Source of the DNA: Gemmatimonadota bacterium
GTDB taxonomy: Bacteria > Gemmatimonadota > Gemmatimonadetes > Palauibacterales > Palauibacteraceae
Reading direction: 5' to 3'
DNA: 64,000 nucleotides
NCBI GenBank assembly: GCA_039586095.1
Contig: JBDHLB010000009.1
Location: 2,160 to 66,159 of the forward strand
In this document: piece after piece, positions 1-8,613 of the stretch
Layout of the letters: each line of letters begins with the position of its first letter
Position numbering within the stretch: position 1 is the first letter of the stretch
Notes under the pieces: generated by a model
Told to the model about the DNA's origin: nothing
Databases searched by the model: none
The model's input: only the letters and a program-made list of their open reading frames with translations
Translations under genes and position numbers: made by a program

Positions 1-17
1 CGAGCACTCGCTGCGCG

Positions 18-698
18 CTAGCTCTCCGCGGGCGGCCTGCGGTCCGCGGCTCGGATCGCGGCGGCGATCTCGCGGCTGAGCCTGGCGAGCACGCGGCTCT
101 GCGCAGCGACCGCGGCAGTCGTCCCCGTGGAGCCAGCCGGTTCTTCCAGCTGCATCTTGCGTCGCAGTAGCTCCCGGCCCGTCCCTCCGTCCTTCAGCAT
201 CCATCGCCCCATGAGTAGTACGACGCCGAGCCGGTCTCTCTCGAATCGGGATACGCTCAGCTCGATCGCGTAGTCGAGCGCGGTCGAGGAATGCCACGGG
301 TGCTCATAGAACCGTTCGGTGCCCAGCAGGGCGGAGAGGTTCTCCACCAGCGTCTCCTGCACGCTCTCGGGAAACGGTTCCGCCCACCACTCCTCGTTGG
401 AGATGTCGACCTGATGGTCCGACAGACGCGTCACCAGGGCGCTGCGGGCCAGATAGTCGGGGAATACGATCGGCCCGATCCCGATCGCCAGATCAGGTGT
501 CGGCGCGCCGAGGGTCTCGCCGGGCTCCAACTCGCCCGGCATCTGCATCTCATCGAGCGAGCTGAGTACGTAGAAGGTGGAGGTGTCCGGCTGTGGTCCG
601 AAGCCACAGGCGCCGGCGACCAGCCAGAGAAGGATGGCCGTGCCGGGCACGAGGTTGGCGGCCCTCGCAGTCTTCATTCGCTGGCTTCCCTGGCTCAT
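18..698 (-). CDS. Mla/Mce-operon auxiliary lipoprotein (DUF330 / YmbA-PqiC-like)
   Basis: Same frame as track ORF 18..1346, but started at ATG 698, which forms an ATGA overlap with the mlaD stop at 695-697 (alternative ATG at 677). The N-terminus MSQGSQRMKTARAANLVPGTAILLWLVAGAC is a signal peptide plus lipobox. It is the last gene of the Mla/Mce operon. The upstream ~215 codons of the track ORF are Arg/Gly-rich and overlap mlaD, so I treat them as artefact. Confidence 0.65.
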   Translation of the reverse strand: MSQGSQRMKTARAANLVPGTAILLWLVAGACGFGPQPDTSTFYVLSSLDEMQMPGELEPGETLGAPTPDLAIGIGPIVFPDYLARSALVTRLSDHQVDISNEEWWAEPFPESVQETLVENLSALLGTERFYEHPWHSSTALDYAIELSVSRFERDRLGVVLLMGRWMLKDGGTGRELLRRKMQLEEPAGSTGTTAAVAAQSRVLARLSREIAAAIRAADRRPPAES

Positions 699-1687
699 TG
701 TTCTTCCCTCGTGGGCTTGCCGCGTATCAGTGAGCTCGGGTTTCTCTCGAGGCTTTCGGCCAACGAGCGCAGCGACCGCGCCGTGGAGGCTAGATCTGTC
801 AGCGCCTGCTCGAGCTGGAACGTGAGGGGCGAGCCGGGCTCGATCACCGCGCGCACGCTCTCGAGCGTCGTGCGCAACTCTCCGAGGGTGGCGGCGGCAC
901 TGTCCGTCGCGGCCGTGTGACTGGTGCGAAGCGGAGCAAGGGTCGTGTCGACCGAGACCATGAGCGAGCGGGCCTCCGCGAGCGTCCCGCGTAGCTCGTC
1001 GACGCCTTCGGAAACCGAGGCGATCGCCCGGCTCATGTCGTCCGAGCTCACGAACTCGCGCACCCCGGAGAATGTTCCCGTGAGCGCGTCGACGAACGGT
1101 TCGACCTCGATCGCGGAGATCACCGCCAGGATCTTTTCGATCTGTTCCTGGATCTCCCGGAACTCGGTTTGCAGCGTCGGAACTTCTGGATACGGGAGAT
1201 CCGGTCCCCCGACGAACACGGCCTCTCGATCCGGATAGACGTCGAGGTCGAGAAAGAGCCGTCCGGTGACCAGGCTTTCGACGCCCAAGCGGGCCCTCAG
1301 TCCATTCTGGTGGATTAGTGTATCGAGCACCGCGGGGTCCTCCCAATTGCGCCTGGGAACGCCGCCCCGCGCGCGGATCTTGTCGATGTCCAGTTCCCAG
1401 ATCACGGGAATGGAGAAGTCCCCCACCAGACCCTCCTCGAGATTGAGGCGGATCTCCTTCACCTCGCCGATCTCCACACCTCTGAAGCGGACGGGCGCCC
1501 CCGGGGCCAAGCCCGAGACGGATCCGTCGAAGAAGGACACCACGGTCAGGGAGTCCCGGAAAAGCCGCCCGGAGCCGAACACCACCAGCGCGATCACCAT
1601 CAGACCGACCGCTACCAGCACGAAGGCGCCGACCAGTCGTGGGTTCGCCCGGCTAGCCATCCGCATCCTCCCCGCCGTCGAACGCAC
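695..1687 (-). CDS. mlaD: MlaD/Mce-family periplasmic substrate-binding component
   Basis: N-terminal TM anchor LVGAFVLVAVGLMVIALVVFG, followed by an MCE-like core (GAPVRFRGVEIGEVKEIRL) and a long helical C-terminus. It sits between the ABC ATPase and the lipoprotein. The start is uncertain: 1687, 1666 and 1660 are all in frame. Confidence 0.85.
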   Translation of the reverse strand: MRSTAGRMRMASRANPRLVGAFVLVAVGLMVIALVVFGSGRLFRDSLTVVSFFDGSVSGLAPGAPVRFRGVEIGEVKEIRLNLEEGLVGDFSIPVIWELDIDKIRARGGVPRRNWEDPAVLDTLIHQNGLRARLGVESLVTGRLFLDLDVYPDREAVFVGGPDLPYPEVPTLQTEFREIQEQIEKILAVISAIEVEPFVDALTGTFSGVREFVSSDDMSRAIASVSEGVDELRGTLAEARSLMVSVDTTLAPLRTSHTAATDSAAATLGELRTTLESVRAVIEPGSPLTFQLEQALTDLASTARSLRSLAESLERNPSSLIRGKPTREEQ

Positions 1688-2474
1688 CGCGCGTCAGAAA
1701 GCGGCGAAGCATGGGATTGTCAGTCCGGTCGCGTAGCTCTTCTGGAGGGCCTGCCGCGATCATGGTTTTCGTCTCCGGGTCGAGGAAGACGCAGTTCGTG
1801 CCTATGGCGAAGATACTCGGGAGCTCGTGAGATACGATAACGACCGTAGCCCCGAGGCTGTCTCGGAGCTCGCGGATCAGATCGTCCAGCCGTCGGGAGC
1901 TCAGCGGGTCGAGCCCCGCCGAAGGCTCGTCGACGAAGAGTATGTCTGGATCCAGAGCCATCGCGCGGGCAAGTGCGGCCCGCTTCTGCATTCCCCCGCT
2001 TATTTCGGCCGGATAGAAGTCCTCGAAGCCCTTGAGGCCGACCAGGGCCAGCTTCATGGATGCCACCTCCTGGATATCCTCCGGATCCAGGTCGGTGAAC
2101 TCCTCGAGCGGGACGGCCACGTTCTCGGCCAACGTCATCGAACTCCACAACGCTCCGCTCTGGTAAAGCACGCCGAACCGCTGGAGCAACTCGTGCTTCC
2201 GCTCCGGCGTGGCCAGGGAGATGTTCTCTCCATCAATGAGGACCTCGCCTTCCGCCGGGTCGTGGAGCCCGATCATGTGCCGCATGAGCGTGCTCTTTCC
2301 CGAGCCCGATCCCCCGATGATGAAGAAGATGTCGCCCCGGCGAACGCGGAAGTTGAGATCCCGCATCAGAACAAAGCTCCCGTAAGCCATCGTGAGGCTT
2401 CGAACGACGATGTGGTCCCCGTCGGCCCCGCGCTCCGGCGGTCGATCCGCTGGGTTTGCGCCCCATTCGTGCAC
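1653..2474 (-). CDS. mlaF: ABC transporter ATP-binding protein, MlaF-like
   Basis: Walker A GGSGSGKST, ABC signature ISGGMQKRAALARA and Walker B ILFVDEPSAGLDP. It begins 1 nt after the permease stop. Confidence 0.9.
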   Translation of the reverse strand: MHEWGANPADRPPERGADGDHIVVRSLTMAYGSFVLMRDLNFRVRRGDIFFIIGGSGSGKSTLMRHMIGLHDPAEGEVLIDGENISLATPERKHELLQRFGVLYQSGALWSSMTLAENVAVPLEEFTDLDPEDIQEVASMKLALVGLKGFEDFYPAEISGGMQKRAALARAMALDPDILFVDEPSAGLDPLSSRRLDDLIRELRDSLGATVVIVSHELPSIFAIGTNCVFLDPETKTMIAAGPPEELRDRTDNPMLRRFLTRGAFDGGEDADG

Positions 2475-2475
2475 G

Positions 2476-3609
2476 TCAGATCTCCAGCACGTAGAACACG
2501 AACTGAAACACGCCGGCCGCCGCGATGATCGCCACGATCGAAGTCACGACCGCAGCGGTGGCCGCATCACCCACGCCGGAAGAGCTTCGCTCCGCCTGCA
2601 TGCCCCGCAGGCATCCCGCAAGTGCGACCAGCAGCCCATAGACGGCACCCTTTAGCACGCCGCCCAGCACATCGCCGACGGAGATCGCCGAGACGGTCTG
2701 CTGCACGTACGCAAGGCCGTTGATGCCCAGCATCGTCGTTCCGACCACGCCTCCGCCGAGAATGCCCACGAAGTCGGAGTAGACGGTAAGAAGCGGCAGC
2801 ATGGTGAACAGAGCGATGACCCGCGGGATCACCAGATACTCCATCGGCGAGATTCCCATCGTGGTCAGCGCATCGATCTCCTGGGTCACCTTCATGCTGC
2901 CGAGCTGCGCGGCGTATGCGGCACCGCTCCTCCCCGCCATGACAATCGCGGTGATCAGCGCCGCCATGTCGCGGACCATGGCGACGCCGACCAGATCAGC
3001 CACGTAGATCGTCGCCCCGAACTGACGCAGCTGAATGGCTCCGACAAATGCCAGGATGAGTCCGAGCAGGAAGGCGACAAGAGTGACGATCGGCAGCGCC
3101 TCCGCACCGGCCTGTTGGATCATCTCCCACAGATCGACCCGGCGAAACCGCGCCCGCCCGCCGAGCGCCTTGAGGAACGCCAGCGTGGCCGCACCCAGGA
3201 AATCCAGGCCCTCGGTGAACGACCGGCCGGCCGAGATGGTGACAGAGCCGATCCGATCGAGAACTGGCGGCTCGCCGTGCGGACCCCGCGTATCCTCGTG
3301 CTCCGGGACAGCCTCTGCGAGGGCCAGGAGCCGCAGTACGCCGTCGGGAAGAGCAGCGCGATCCACGTCGATACCACGTTCTCGCCCCAGATCCGAGATC
3401 CGCGACACCAGTGTGAGCAGGCTGCTGTCCCAGCCTGTGAGCCCCGCCGTGTCGAAGGAGATCCGATGGATCTGCGGATACTCCGCAAGGGTTTGCCCCA
3501 CGATCTCAGCGGAGGGAAGGGAGCCCTGCAGGCTCCAGTTTCCAGCCAGCTCGACCACCAGTGTCCGGTCGTCGGGTCTGTCGAGCCCTATTCGGGCTGA
3601 ATCTTCCAT
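2476..3609 (-). CDS. mlaE: MlaE-family ABC permease with N-terminal STAS (MlaB-like) domain
   Basis: The C-terminal ~260 aa form a multi-TM MlaE-like permease (EALPIVTLVAFLLGLILAFVGAIQL...MKVTQEIDALTTMGISP). The N-terminal ~110 aa look like a STAS / anti-sigma-antagonist fold (LVVELAGNWSL...ISFDTAGLTGWDSSLLTLV). Confidence 0.85.
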   Translation of the reverse strand: MEDSARIGLDRPDDRTLVVELAGNWSLQGSLPSAEIVGQTLAEYPQIHRISFDTAGLTGWDSSLLTLVSRISDLGRERGIDVDRAALPDGVLRLLALAEAVPEHEDTRGPHGEPPVLDRIGSVTISAGRSFTEGLDFLGAATLAFLKALGGRARFRRVDLWEMIQQAGAEALPIVTLVAFLLGLILAFVGAIQLRQFGATIYVADLVGVAMVRDMAALITAIVMAGRSGAAYAAQLGSMKVTQEIDALTTMGISPMEYLVIPRVIALFTMLPLLTVYSDFVGILGGGVVGTTMLGINGLAYVQQTVSAISVGDVLGGVLKGAVYGLLVALAGCLRGMQAERSSSGVGDAATAAVVTSIVAIIAAAGVFQFVFYVLEI

Positions 3610-3698
3610 ATTCGCGGCGGCATCAAAATCGATCCCAACAGCAACGGTCCGGGGGCTCGAGTAAGGTGGGTTGCCGGTCAGTTGCGATCCACAGGTAA

Positions 3699-3998
3699 TC
3701 AGCCAGCGCGGCGCAGGACTTCCGACTCGAGCCGATCCCCCAGGCGATCCTTCTCAACCTCCAGATCATAGCCGGTTTGAAGGTCGAGCCAGAATCGCTC
3801 CGATGTTCCAAAGTAGCGAGACAATCGTAGGGCCGTATCGGCGGTCACCGCCCGCTTGCCGTGGACGATCTCGTTGATGCGGCGTGGAGGCACGCTGATG
3901 TCCTTCGCCAGGCGATACTGGCTGAGCTCCAACGGCCCCAGGAACTCCTCGAGCAATACCTCGCCGGGATGAATACGAGGCAACTTATTGGCCGGCAT
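3699..3998 (-). CDS. higA: HigA-family antitoxin (XRE-type HTH)
   Basis: MPANKLPRIHPGEVLLEEFLGPLELSQYRLAKDISVPPRRINEIVHGKRAVTADTALRLSRYFGTSERFWLDLQ matches the HigA/VapI antidote signature. It lies 9 nt downstream of the toxin gene. Confidence 0.9.
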   Translation of the reverse strand: MPANKLPRIHPGEVLLEEFLGPLELSQYRLAKDISVPPRRINEIVHGKRAVTADTALRLSRYFGTSERFWLDLQTGYDLEVEKDRLGDRLESEVLRRAG

Positions 3999-4007
3999 CA
4001 GGCTCTC

Positions 4008-4286
4008 CTAGTCGTAGTCGACGATTTCGACATCGTATGCGTTTCCTGACCGCCAGCGGAAGCAGATCCGCCATTGCCTGTTGATCCGAATGCTGTACTG
4101 ACCCTCACGGTCGCCGCTGAGCTTCTCGAGGCGGTTTCCGGGAGGCGCGCGCAGGTCGTCGAGGGTCGCTGCCGCGTCAAGCATCCGCAGCTTTCGCAAC
4201 GCAATTCGCGGAGCGTCTGGACCCAGCTTCTTGATTGGCCTTCGTTCGAATAGACGCTCGGTGTCGCGGTCTCGAAAGCCCTTCAT
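4008..4286 (-). CDS. higB: HigB-family toxin (RelE/ParE superfamily, plasmid maintenance system killer)
   Basis: MKGFRDRDTERLF...LDAAATLDDLRAPPGNRLEKLSGDREGQYSIRINRQWRICFRW is typical of HigB. The toxin precedes the antitoxin, which is the HigBA order. I start it at ATG 4286; the track start at 4289 is a GTG one codon upstream. Confidence 0.9.
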   Translation of the reverse strand: MKGFRDRDTERLFERRPIKKLGPDAPRIALRKLRMLDAAATLDDLRAPPGNRLEKLSGDREGQYSIRINRQWRICFRWRSGNAYDVEIVDYD

Positions 4287-4296
4287 CACAGTGACA

Positions 4297-4330
4297 ATAA
4301 CGCGACGCGTTATAATAACGTCAAGCGTTA
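4297..4330. promoter_or_regulatory. Putative higBA operator: two TAACG...CGTTA palindromes in an AT-rich promoter patch
   Basis: ATAACGCG-A-CGCGTTAT at 4297..4313 is a perfect inverted repeat. TAACG-tcaag-CGTTA at 4316..4330 is a second one. Both lie 11-44 nt upstream of the higB start, in the only clearly AT-rich stretch nearby (gtgacaataacgcgacgcgttataataacg). Confidence 0.5.
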
Positions 4331-4463
4331 AGTTCGGGTATCGGAGAGGGAGGAAGGGCGCAAACGCACCATGCTCTTGCCACTGGACAAGCGGCTTTCC
4401 TAAGGTTCGTATTAGCTTTGGAGGAGCCTTGAATCTCGTGTACCTACCTCGCGGTGCGACGCT

Positions 4464-6023
4464 GTGCGATGCCTGCCTTACATGAGGGTTTCACCGATGA
4501 GTCTCTGTATTCTTCCATCTGATCGCGCCGCACCGACTGTCCGAATTGCTCGAACTCACCAGGTCACTCGAAACCTGACCGCTGTAGCTGTCTTCACATA
4601 CTTGGCCGCCTTCATCGGAGTCTCATCTGGTGGCGCTCAGGAGACTGCCCAGCAGCCCGAGGACACGCGAGCGGTCCTCGTGACGGGCACCAGCTCCGGA
4701 ATCGGGCTACGGATCACCGAGGTCCTCTCGGAGAACGGATTCTTCGTCTATGCCGGGGCTCGTAAGGCGGAAGATCTGGCCCGACTGGACGCGATGGAAA
4801 ACGTGAAGGCGGTCCGTCTGGACGTGACGATCCAGAGCGAGATCGATGCGGCGGTCGAGCTGATAGCGGCCGAAGGAAGGGGGCTCTACGGTCTGATCAA
4901 CAACGCCGGCGTGGCCGTGATGGGCCCTCTGATCGAGTTGTCGGAAGAGGATATGGCCTTACAGCTCGACGTGAATCTCCTCGGGCCGTACCGCGTGACG
5001 AAAGCGTTCGCCGATCTGCTCATCGAGAGCGGGGGCCGGGTCATGACGGTCAGTTCCATCGCCGGGATTCTGACAGGCCCGTTCAGCGGTGCGTACAGCA
5101 TGAGCAAGCACGGGGTCGAGGCCTATATCGACGCCCTGGCGGCCGAGCTTGCTCGCTTCGATGTGACGGTGGGTGTCGTCGAGCCCGGCAACTACAGGTC
5201 GCAGATCCTGGCCTCAATGGTGAGGCGCATGGAGGAGCGAGGCTATTCGGCCGAGAATTCCAGATACGGTTCGATGCTCGACCTCATCACCGGCCCGCTC
5301 GATCGATCCCAGTACGAGGTCCCCGACGATGTCGCCCTGGCGGTGCTCGATTTCCTGTCCAGCGATTCGCCGAAGCGTCGCTACATGGTCGTGCCGAATC
5401 AGTTCGAGGCCATGATCACCATCAGGCAGGCCATACAGGAGCTGGTGCAGCTCAACGAAGGGCACGCGTTTACGTACAGCCGGGACGAATTGGTCCAGAT
5501 GCTGGATGAGGCGTTGGCCGAGTCACGGCCCCCTGCTTCGGAATCGGCTTCGGAGTCCGCCCGGGCGCCTGCGGGTATGGGCCTGCAACAGGCGGCGCTC
5601 ACGGGGAATCTCGAGGCGGTCCGAGAGCACATCGAGGCCGGAGCGGACCTGAACCAGAGGGAGCCGATGGGAGGCTCGAGTCCTCTGATGGTCGCCGCGA
5701 CGTTTGGCCACACGGACGTGGCGAAGGCGTTGATCGAGGCGGGCGCCGACATCGACCAGCAGAACAACGAGGGATCGACCGCACTCCTCGCCGCCGCCTT
5801 TCTCTGCCGCACGGAGATCGTCGCGGCCCTGTTGGAAGCGGGGGCCGACAAGAGCATCAGGAACAACGCCGGATCCACGGCGCTGGACGTCGTGACGGTT
5901 CCATTCGAGGAAGCGAGGAACATGTACGACTTCATCGGAGAGGCCCTCGCGCCCTTCGGACTGGAGCTGGACTACGACCGGCTCGAGACGACCCGCCCGA
6001 AGATCGCGGAAATGTTGCGGTAG
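4464..6023 (+). CDS. Short-chain dehydrogenase/reductase fused to C-terminal ankyrin repeats
   Basis: SDR motifs are TGTSSGIG (cofactor binding), INNAGVA and the catalytic YSMSKHG (YxxxK). The C-terminus holds at least 3 ankyrin repeats (SPLMVAATFGHTDVAKALIEAGADID, STALLAAAFLCRTEIVAALLEAGADKS). There is an N-terminal hydrophobic segment, LTAVAVFTYLAAFIGVSSGGAQE. The start is uncertain: GTG 4464, ATG 4482 or ATG 4497. Confidence 0.85.
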   Translation: MRCLPYMRVSPMSLCILPSDRAAPTVRIARTHQVTRNLTAVAVFTYLAAFIGVSSGGAQETAQQPEDTRAVLVTGTSSGIGLRITEVLSENGFFVYAGARKAEDLARLDAMENVKAVRLDVTIQSEIDAAVELIAAEGRGLYGLINNAGVAVMGPLIELSEEDMALQLDVNLLGPYRVTKAFADLLIESGGRVMTVSSIAGILTGPFSGAYSMSKHGVEAYIDALAAELARFDVTVGVVEPGNYRSQILASMVRRMEERGYSAENSRYGSMLDLITGPLDRSQYEVPDDVALAVLDFLSSDSPKRRYMVVPNQFEAMITIRQAIQELVQLNEGHAFTYSRDELVQMLDEALAESRPPASESASESARAPAGMGLQQAALTGNLEAVREHIEAGADLNQREPMGGSSPLMVAATFGHTDVAKALIEAGADIDQQNNEGSTALLAAAFLCRTEIVAALLEAGADKSIRNNAGSTALDVVTVPFEEARNMYDFIGEALAPFGLELDYDRLETTRPKIAEMLR

Positions 6024-6038
6024 CGCGCTCGTCGTCCG

Positions 6039-6695
6039 TCACGCCCCGTGCGAGCGGCCCTTTTGAATCGGGCGTGCCGGGCCATACGAGAAGAGCCAGA
6101 CTCGGCCGAACTGGTTTGGCGCGACCTCGAGGCCGGTGGCCAGGTGGTAATCGAGCCCTTGCAGCACCGAGCGAAGGTAACGGCGAAGCAGCGGTAGCAG
6201 GTGCCAGCGATACAGAGCCCACCTCAAGGCCGAGGGATAGCCGAGGAAGGCGCTGGGCCAAATGCTGATGGCGAGCGCACTTTGTCCTTCGCCGGTGTCC
6301 ACAAGCTCCCACCGGACGCGGCTGAGTGGCCACTCGGAGTTCCCGATCTCGAGTTCGTACCCGTGTCCTTCATCCCAGACCGTAAAACGTCGGTGGAGGA
6401 CCAATCCACTAAGGTAGCGGATCGTGTCCTGCGCACCGACACCGGGCCAGGCGGCGACCCGATTGTCGGCACAAAACGGATGATACCGGTTCACGACTCC
6501 CGGGGTGGCCATGATCTCCCATACCCGCGCGGCGGTGGCCCGCATCTTACCCGTCACCACAGCGGGCTTCCCTCCGGGGTCCGGGCTGTCAGCGCGCTGC
6601 CGCTCTACTACCGGCGCAGCTCGACACTCTAGCAGCTCGGGCACATCGGACGGGCGGGCCACCCGGGACCGAACGATCCCTGCCGAGGCGTTCAT
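6039..6695 (-). CDS. SRPBCC/START-like (polyketide-cyclase fold) domain protein
   Basis: Length and pattern fit SRPBCC proteins: RATAARVWEIMATPGVVNRYHP...RRFTVWDEGHGYELEIG...RVRWELVDTGEGQSALAISIW. This is weak, pattern-level evidence only, and the start is uncertain. Confidence 0.5.
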   Translation of the reverse strand: MNASAGIVRSRVARPSDVPELLECRAAPVVERQRADSPDPGGKPAVVTGKMRATAARVWEIMATPGVVNRYHPFCADNRVAAWPGVGAQDTIRYLSGLVLHRRFTVWDEGHGYELEIGNSEWPLSRVRWELVDTGEGQSALAISIWPSAFLGYPSALRWALYRWHLLPLLRRYLRSVLQGLDYHLATGLEVAPNQFGRVWLFSYGPARPIQKGRSHGA

Positions 6696-6754
6696 TTCCC
6701 CACCACCTCTCAGCGAACGTGTTCGTCAATAGAGTGAGAGACCCGCCGGAGCAC

Positions 6755-8473
6755 CTAGCGCGGCAAGGCCCTTGGCGTCTCAGCGCCAGTGAGGCGGTCT
6801 CGAGCGGAGTCACTGACGATATCCGCCAGGCGGCTGCTGAGCTCCTCCAGGTCGGTGCGCTTTGTCCGCGCTACGCCGCGAAAGATCGATCGGGCAAGCG
6901 TATACATTCCCCCGACCCACCCGGCCGCAAGCAGGAAGACTTCCACGCCGTAGCCCAGCACCCCCGTGGACAGGACTATGGCAATCGGCGGCACAGCCCC
7001 CGGACCCAGAACTACGGGGAAGACGGTCCACGCCAGTTCGTTGAGCCGCTCCTGCACGTGTATGCGCGTCTGCCCGCCGCGCGGAGTGACCCGCACTCGC
7101 ACCGCACGCCGCTTACCGAGGGTGGGCTTCACCGCGCTCCAGTGGACGGAGCGACCCAGTGTGTCCACCCTTCCTTCCGCCGAGAGCGTCGCCTGTACTT
7201 CTTCGACGATATCCTCGAACGCAGAGTCGCTCACCTCGCCGTCCACCATGCGTTCAGATGCGATCAGCGTCGGACCGCCGAGCCAGAGTCGAGCCGCAGA
7301 AGCGAACGCGTCGGCGCCCTCCCCGAACTCGCTGGGGGATTGAGCTGCCTTACCGAACTCCAGCCTGCGTGCCGCTCGTTCGATGCGCTCGGGCGAGATG
7401 CCGACGTCGGCGGCGATCTGCTGAATCGTCGCGAGCGACATTCCGCCTTCGGTCGGATGCGCCAACTCGTCTTCGGCCGCGCGCCGCACGATCTCCTCGA
7501 CTTCGGCGTCGCTGTATCGCCGGACGACGCCCGCCGCGCCCGGCCTTGGCACCTGGTCGGTCGCTACCGCACCGTCGGCCGCCGGAACTGAGCCTTCCCC
7601 CGCGCCGCCCAGGCGCTCCTCGCCCTCGCCGGCACCGTGCTCGGCTCGGAGGGCGAGCAGGAACGCGTCGATGTTCTCGAGCCGATCGCGCGCGCGCATG
7701 GCGAGTGCACCCACGAGGGCTCGTTCGACGGATCCGCCGAGTTGCTCCATGCGCGCCTGCAAGCGCTCCGGCAAGCCGACGAACTTACCGAGCTGTACCG
7801 ATTCTTCATCCGACTGCCACATGCTCGGCGGCTCGCCGAGCAACATCTCGTAGAGAACACACCCCAGGCTGTACACGTCCGTCCGGGCATCGAGATCACG
7901 CTCACCCACGGCTTGTTCGGGGCTCACGTATCCGGGGGTGCCCAGAGCCAGTCCGGTCCGGGTGAGCTTCTCGCCGCCGGCCGTGGTCAGAGCTCGTGCG
8001 ATGCCGAAATCCGCGACCATGGGATGGCCTTCGGCGAACAGGATGTTCTCCGGCTTGATGTCGCGGTGCAGGATGCCCTGGCGATGAGCGTAACTCAACG
8101 CGTCTCCGACGTCCTCCATGATGTCGAGGGCCGCCGACGTCTCGATACGTGTCTCACGGCGAAGGCGTCTGCGAAGCGACTCGCCGTCGATGAACGGCAT
8201 GACGTAGAAGAGGAACCCGGCCGCTTCTCCCGAATCATGAAGCGGGATGATGTGTGGGTGCGTGAGTCGCGCCGCGATCTCGATTTCCTTGAGGAAACGT
8301 TCCGCCCCGAGCGCTGCCGCGAGCGCCGGTTTGAGCACCTTGATGGCGACGTAGCGGCTGTGCCGCACGTCGCGGGCGAGGTACACGGTGGCCATACCGC
8401 CCTCGCCGATCTCTCGCTCGACTACATAGCGGTCACGGATTGCATCGCAGAAGGCTTCGGGAAGGTCGGACAT
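6755..8473 (-). CDS. Ser/Thr protein kinase with C-terminal membrane anchor
   Basis: Hanks kinase motifs are present: GEGGMATVY...VAIKVLKP, HRDIKPENILF, DFGIA and GTPGYVSPE. The C-terminus has hydrophobic helices (WTVFPVVLGPGAVPPIAIVLSTGVLGYGVEVFLLAAGWVGG). Confidence 0.9.
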   Translation of the reverse strand: MSDLPEAFCDAIRDRYVVEREIGEGGMATVYLARDVRHSRYVAIKVLKPALAAALGAERFLKEIEIAARLTHPHIIPLHDSGEAAGFLFYVMPFIDGESLRRRLRRETRIETSAALDIMEDVGDALSYAHRQGILHRDIKPENILFAEGHPMVADFGIARALTTAGGEKLTRTGLALGTPGYVSPEQAVGERDLDARTDVYSLGCVLYEMLLGEPPSMWQSDEESVQLGKFVGLPERLQARMEQLGGSVERALVGALAMRARDRLENIDAFLLALRAEHGAGEGEERLGGAGEGSVPAADGAVATDQVPRPGAAGVVRRYSDAEVEEIVRRAAEDELAHPTEGGMSLATIQQIAADVGISPERIERAARRLEFGKAAQSPSEFGEGADAFASAARLWLGGPTLIASERMVDGEVSDSAFEDIVEEVQATLSAEGRVDTLGRSVHWSAVKPTLGKRRAVRVRVTPRGGQTRIHVQERLNELAWTVFPVVLGPGAVPPIAIVLSTGVLGYGVEVFLLAAGWVGGMYTLARSIFRGVARTKRTDLEELSSRLADIVSDSARDRLTGAETPRALPR

Positions 8474-8613
8474 GCCGAAACATACGAGCGGAGGCGCACG
8501 ACCGTCACCTCCGCTCGTAAGCGCCCGGCACTAGCGCTTCAACGGGGTCCGAGCTGCCTCACCCGCCCATGCCGGGCCCCACACAATCCAACTCTTCCGC
8601 GCGATCCCACGGG

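Noticed and set aside
699-1346. The 5' extension of track ORF 18..1346 (442 aa), which begins MGGPRGARYTNPPEW...
   Set aside because: The extension is extremely Arg/Gly/Pro-rich and overlaps the well-supported mlaD gene in another frame. A proper signal peptide plus lipobox begins at the internal ATG 698, and that ATG is stop/start-coupled to mlaD.
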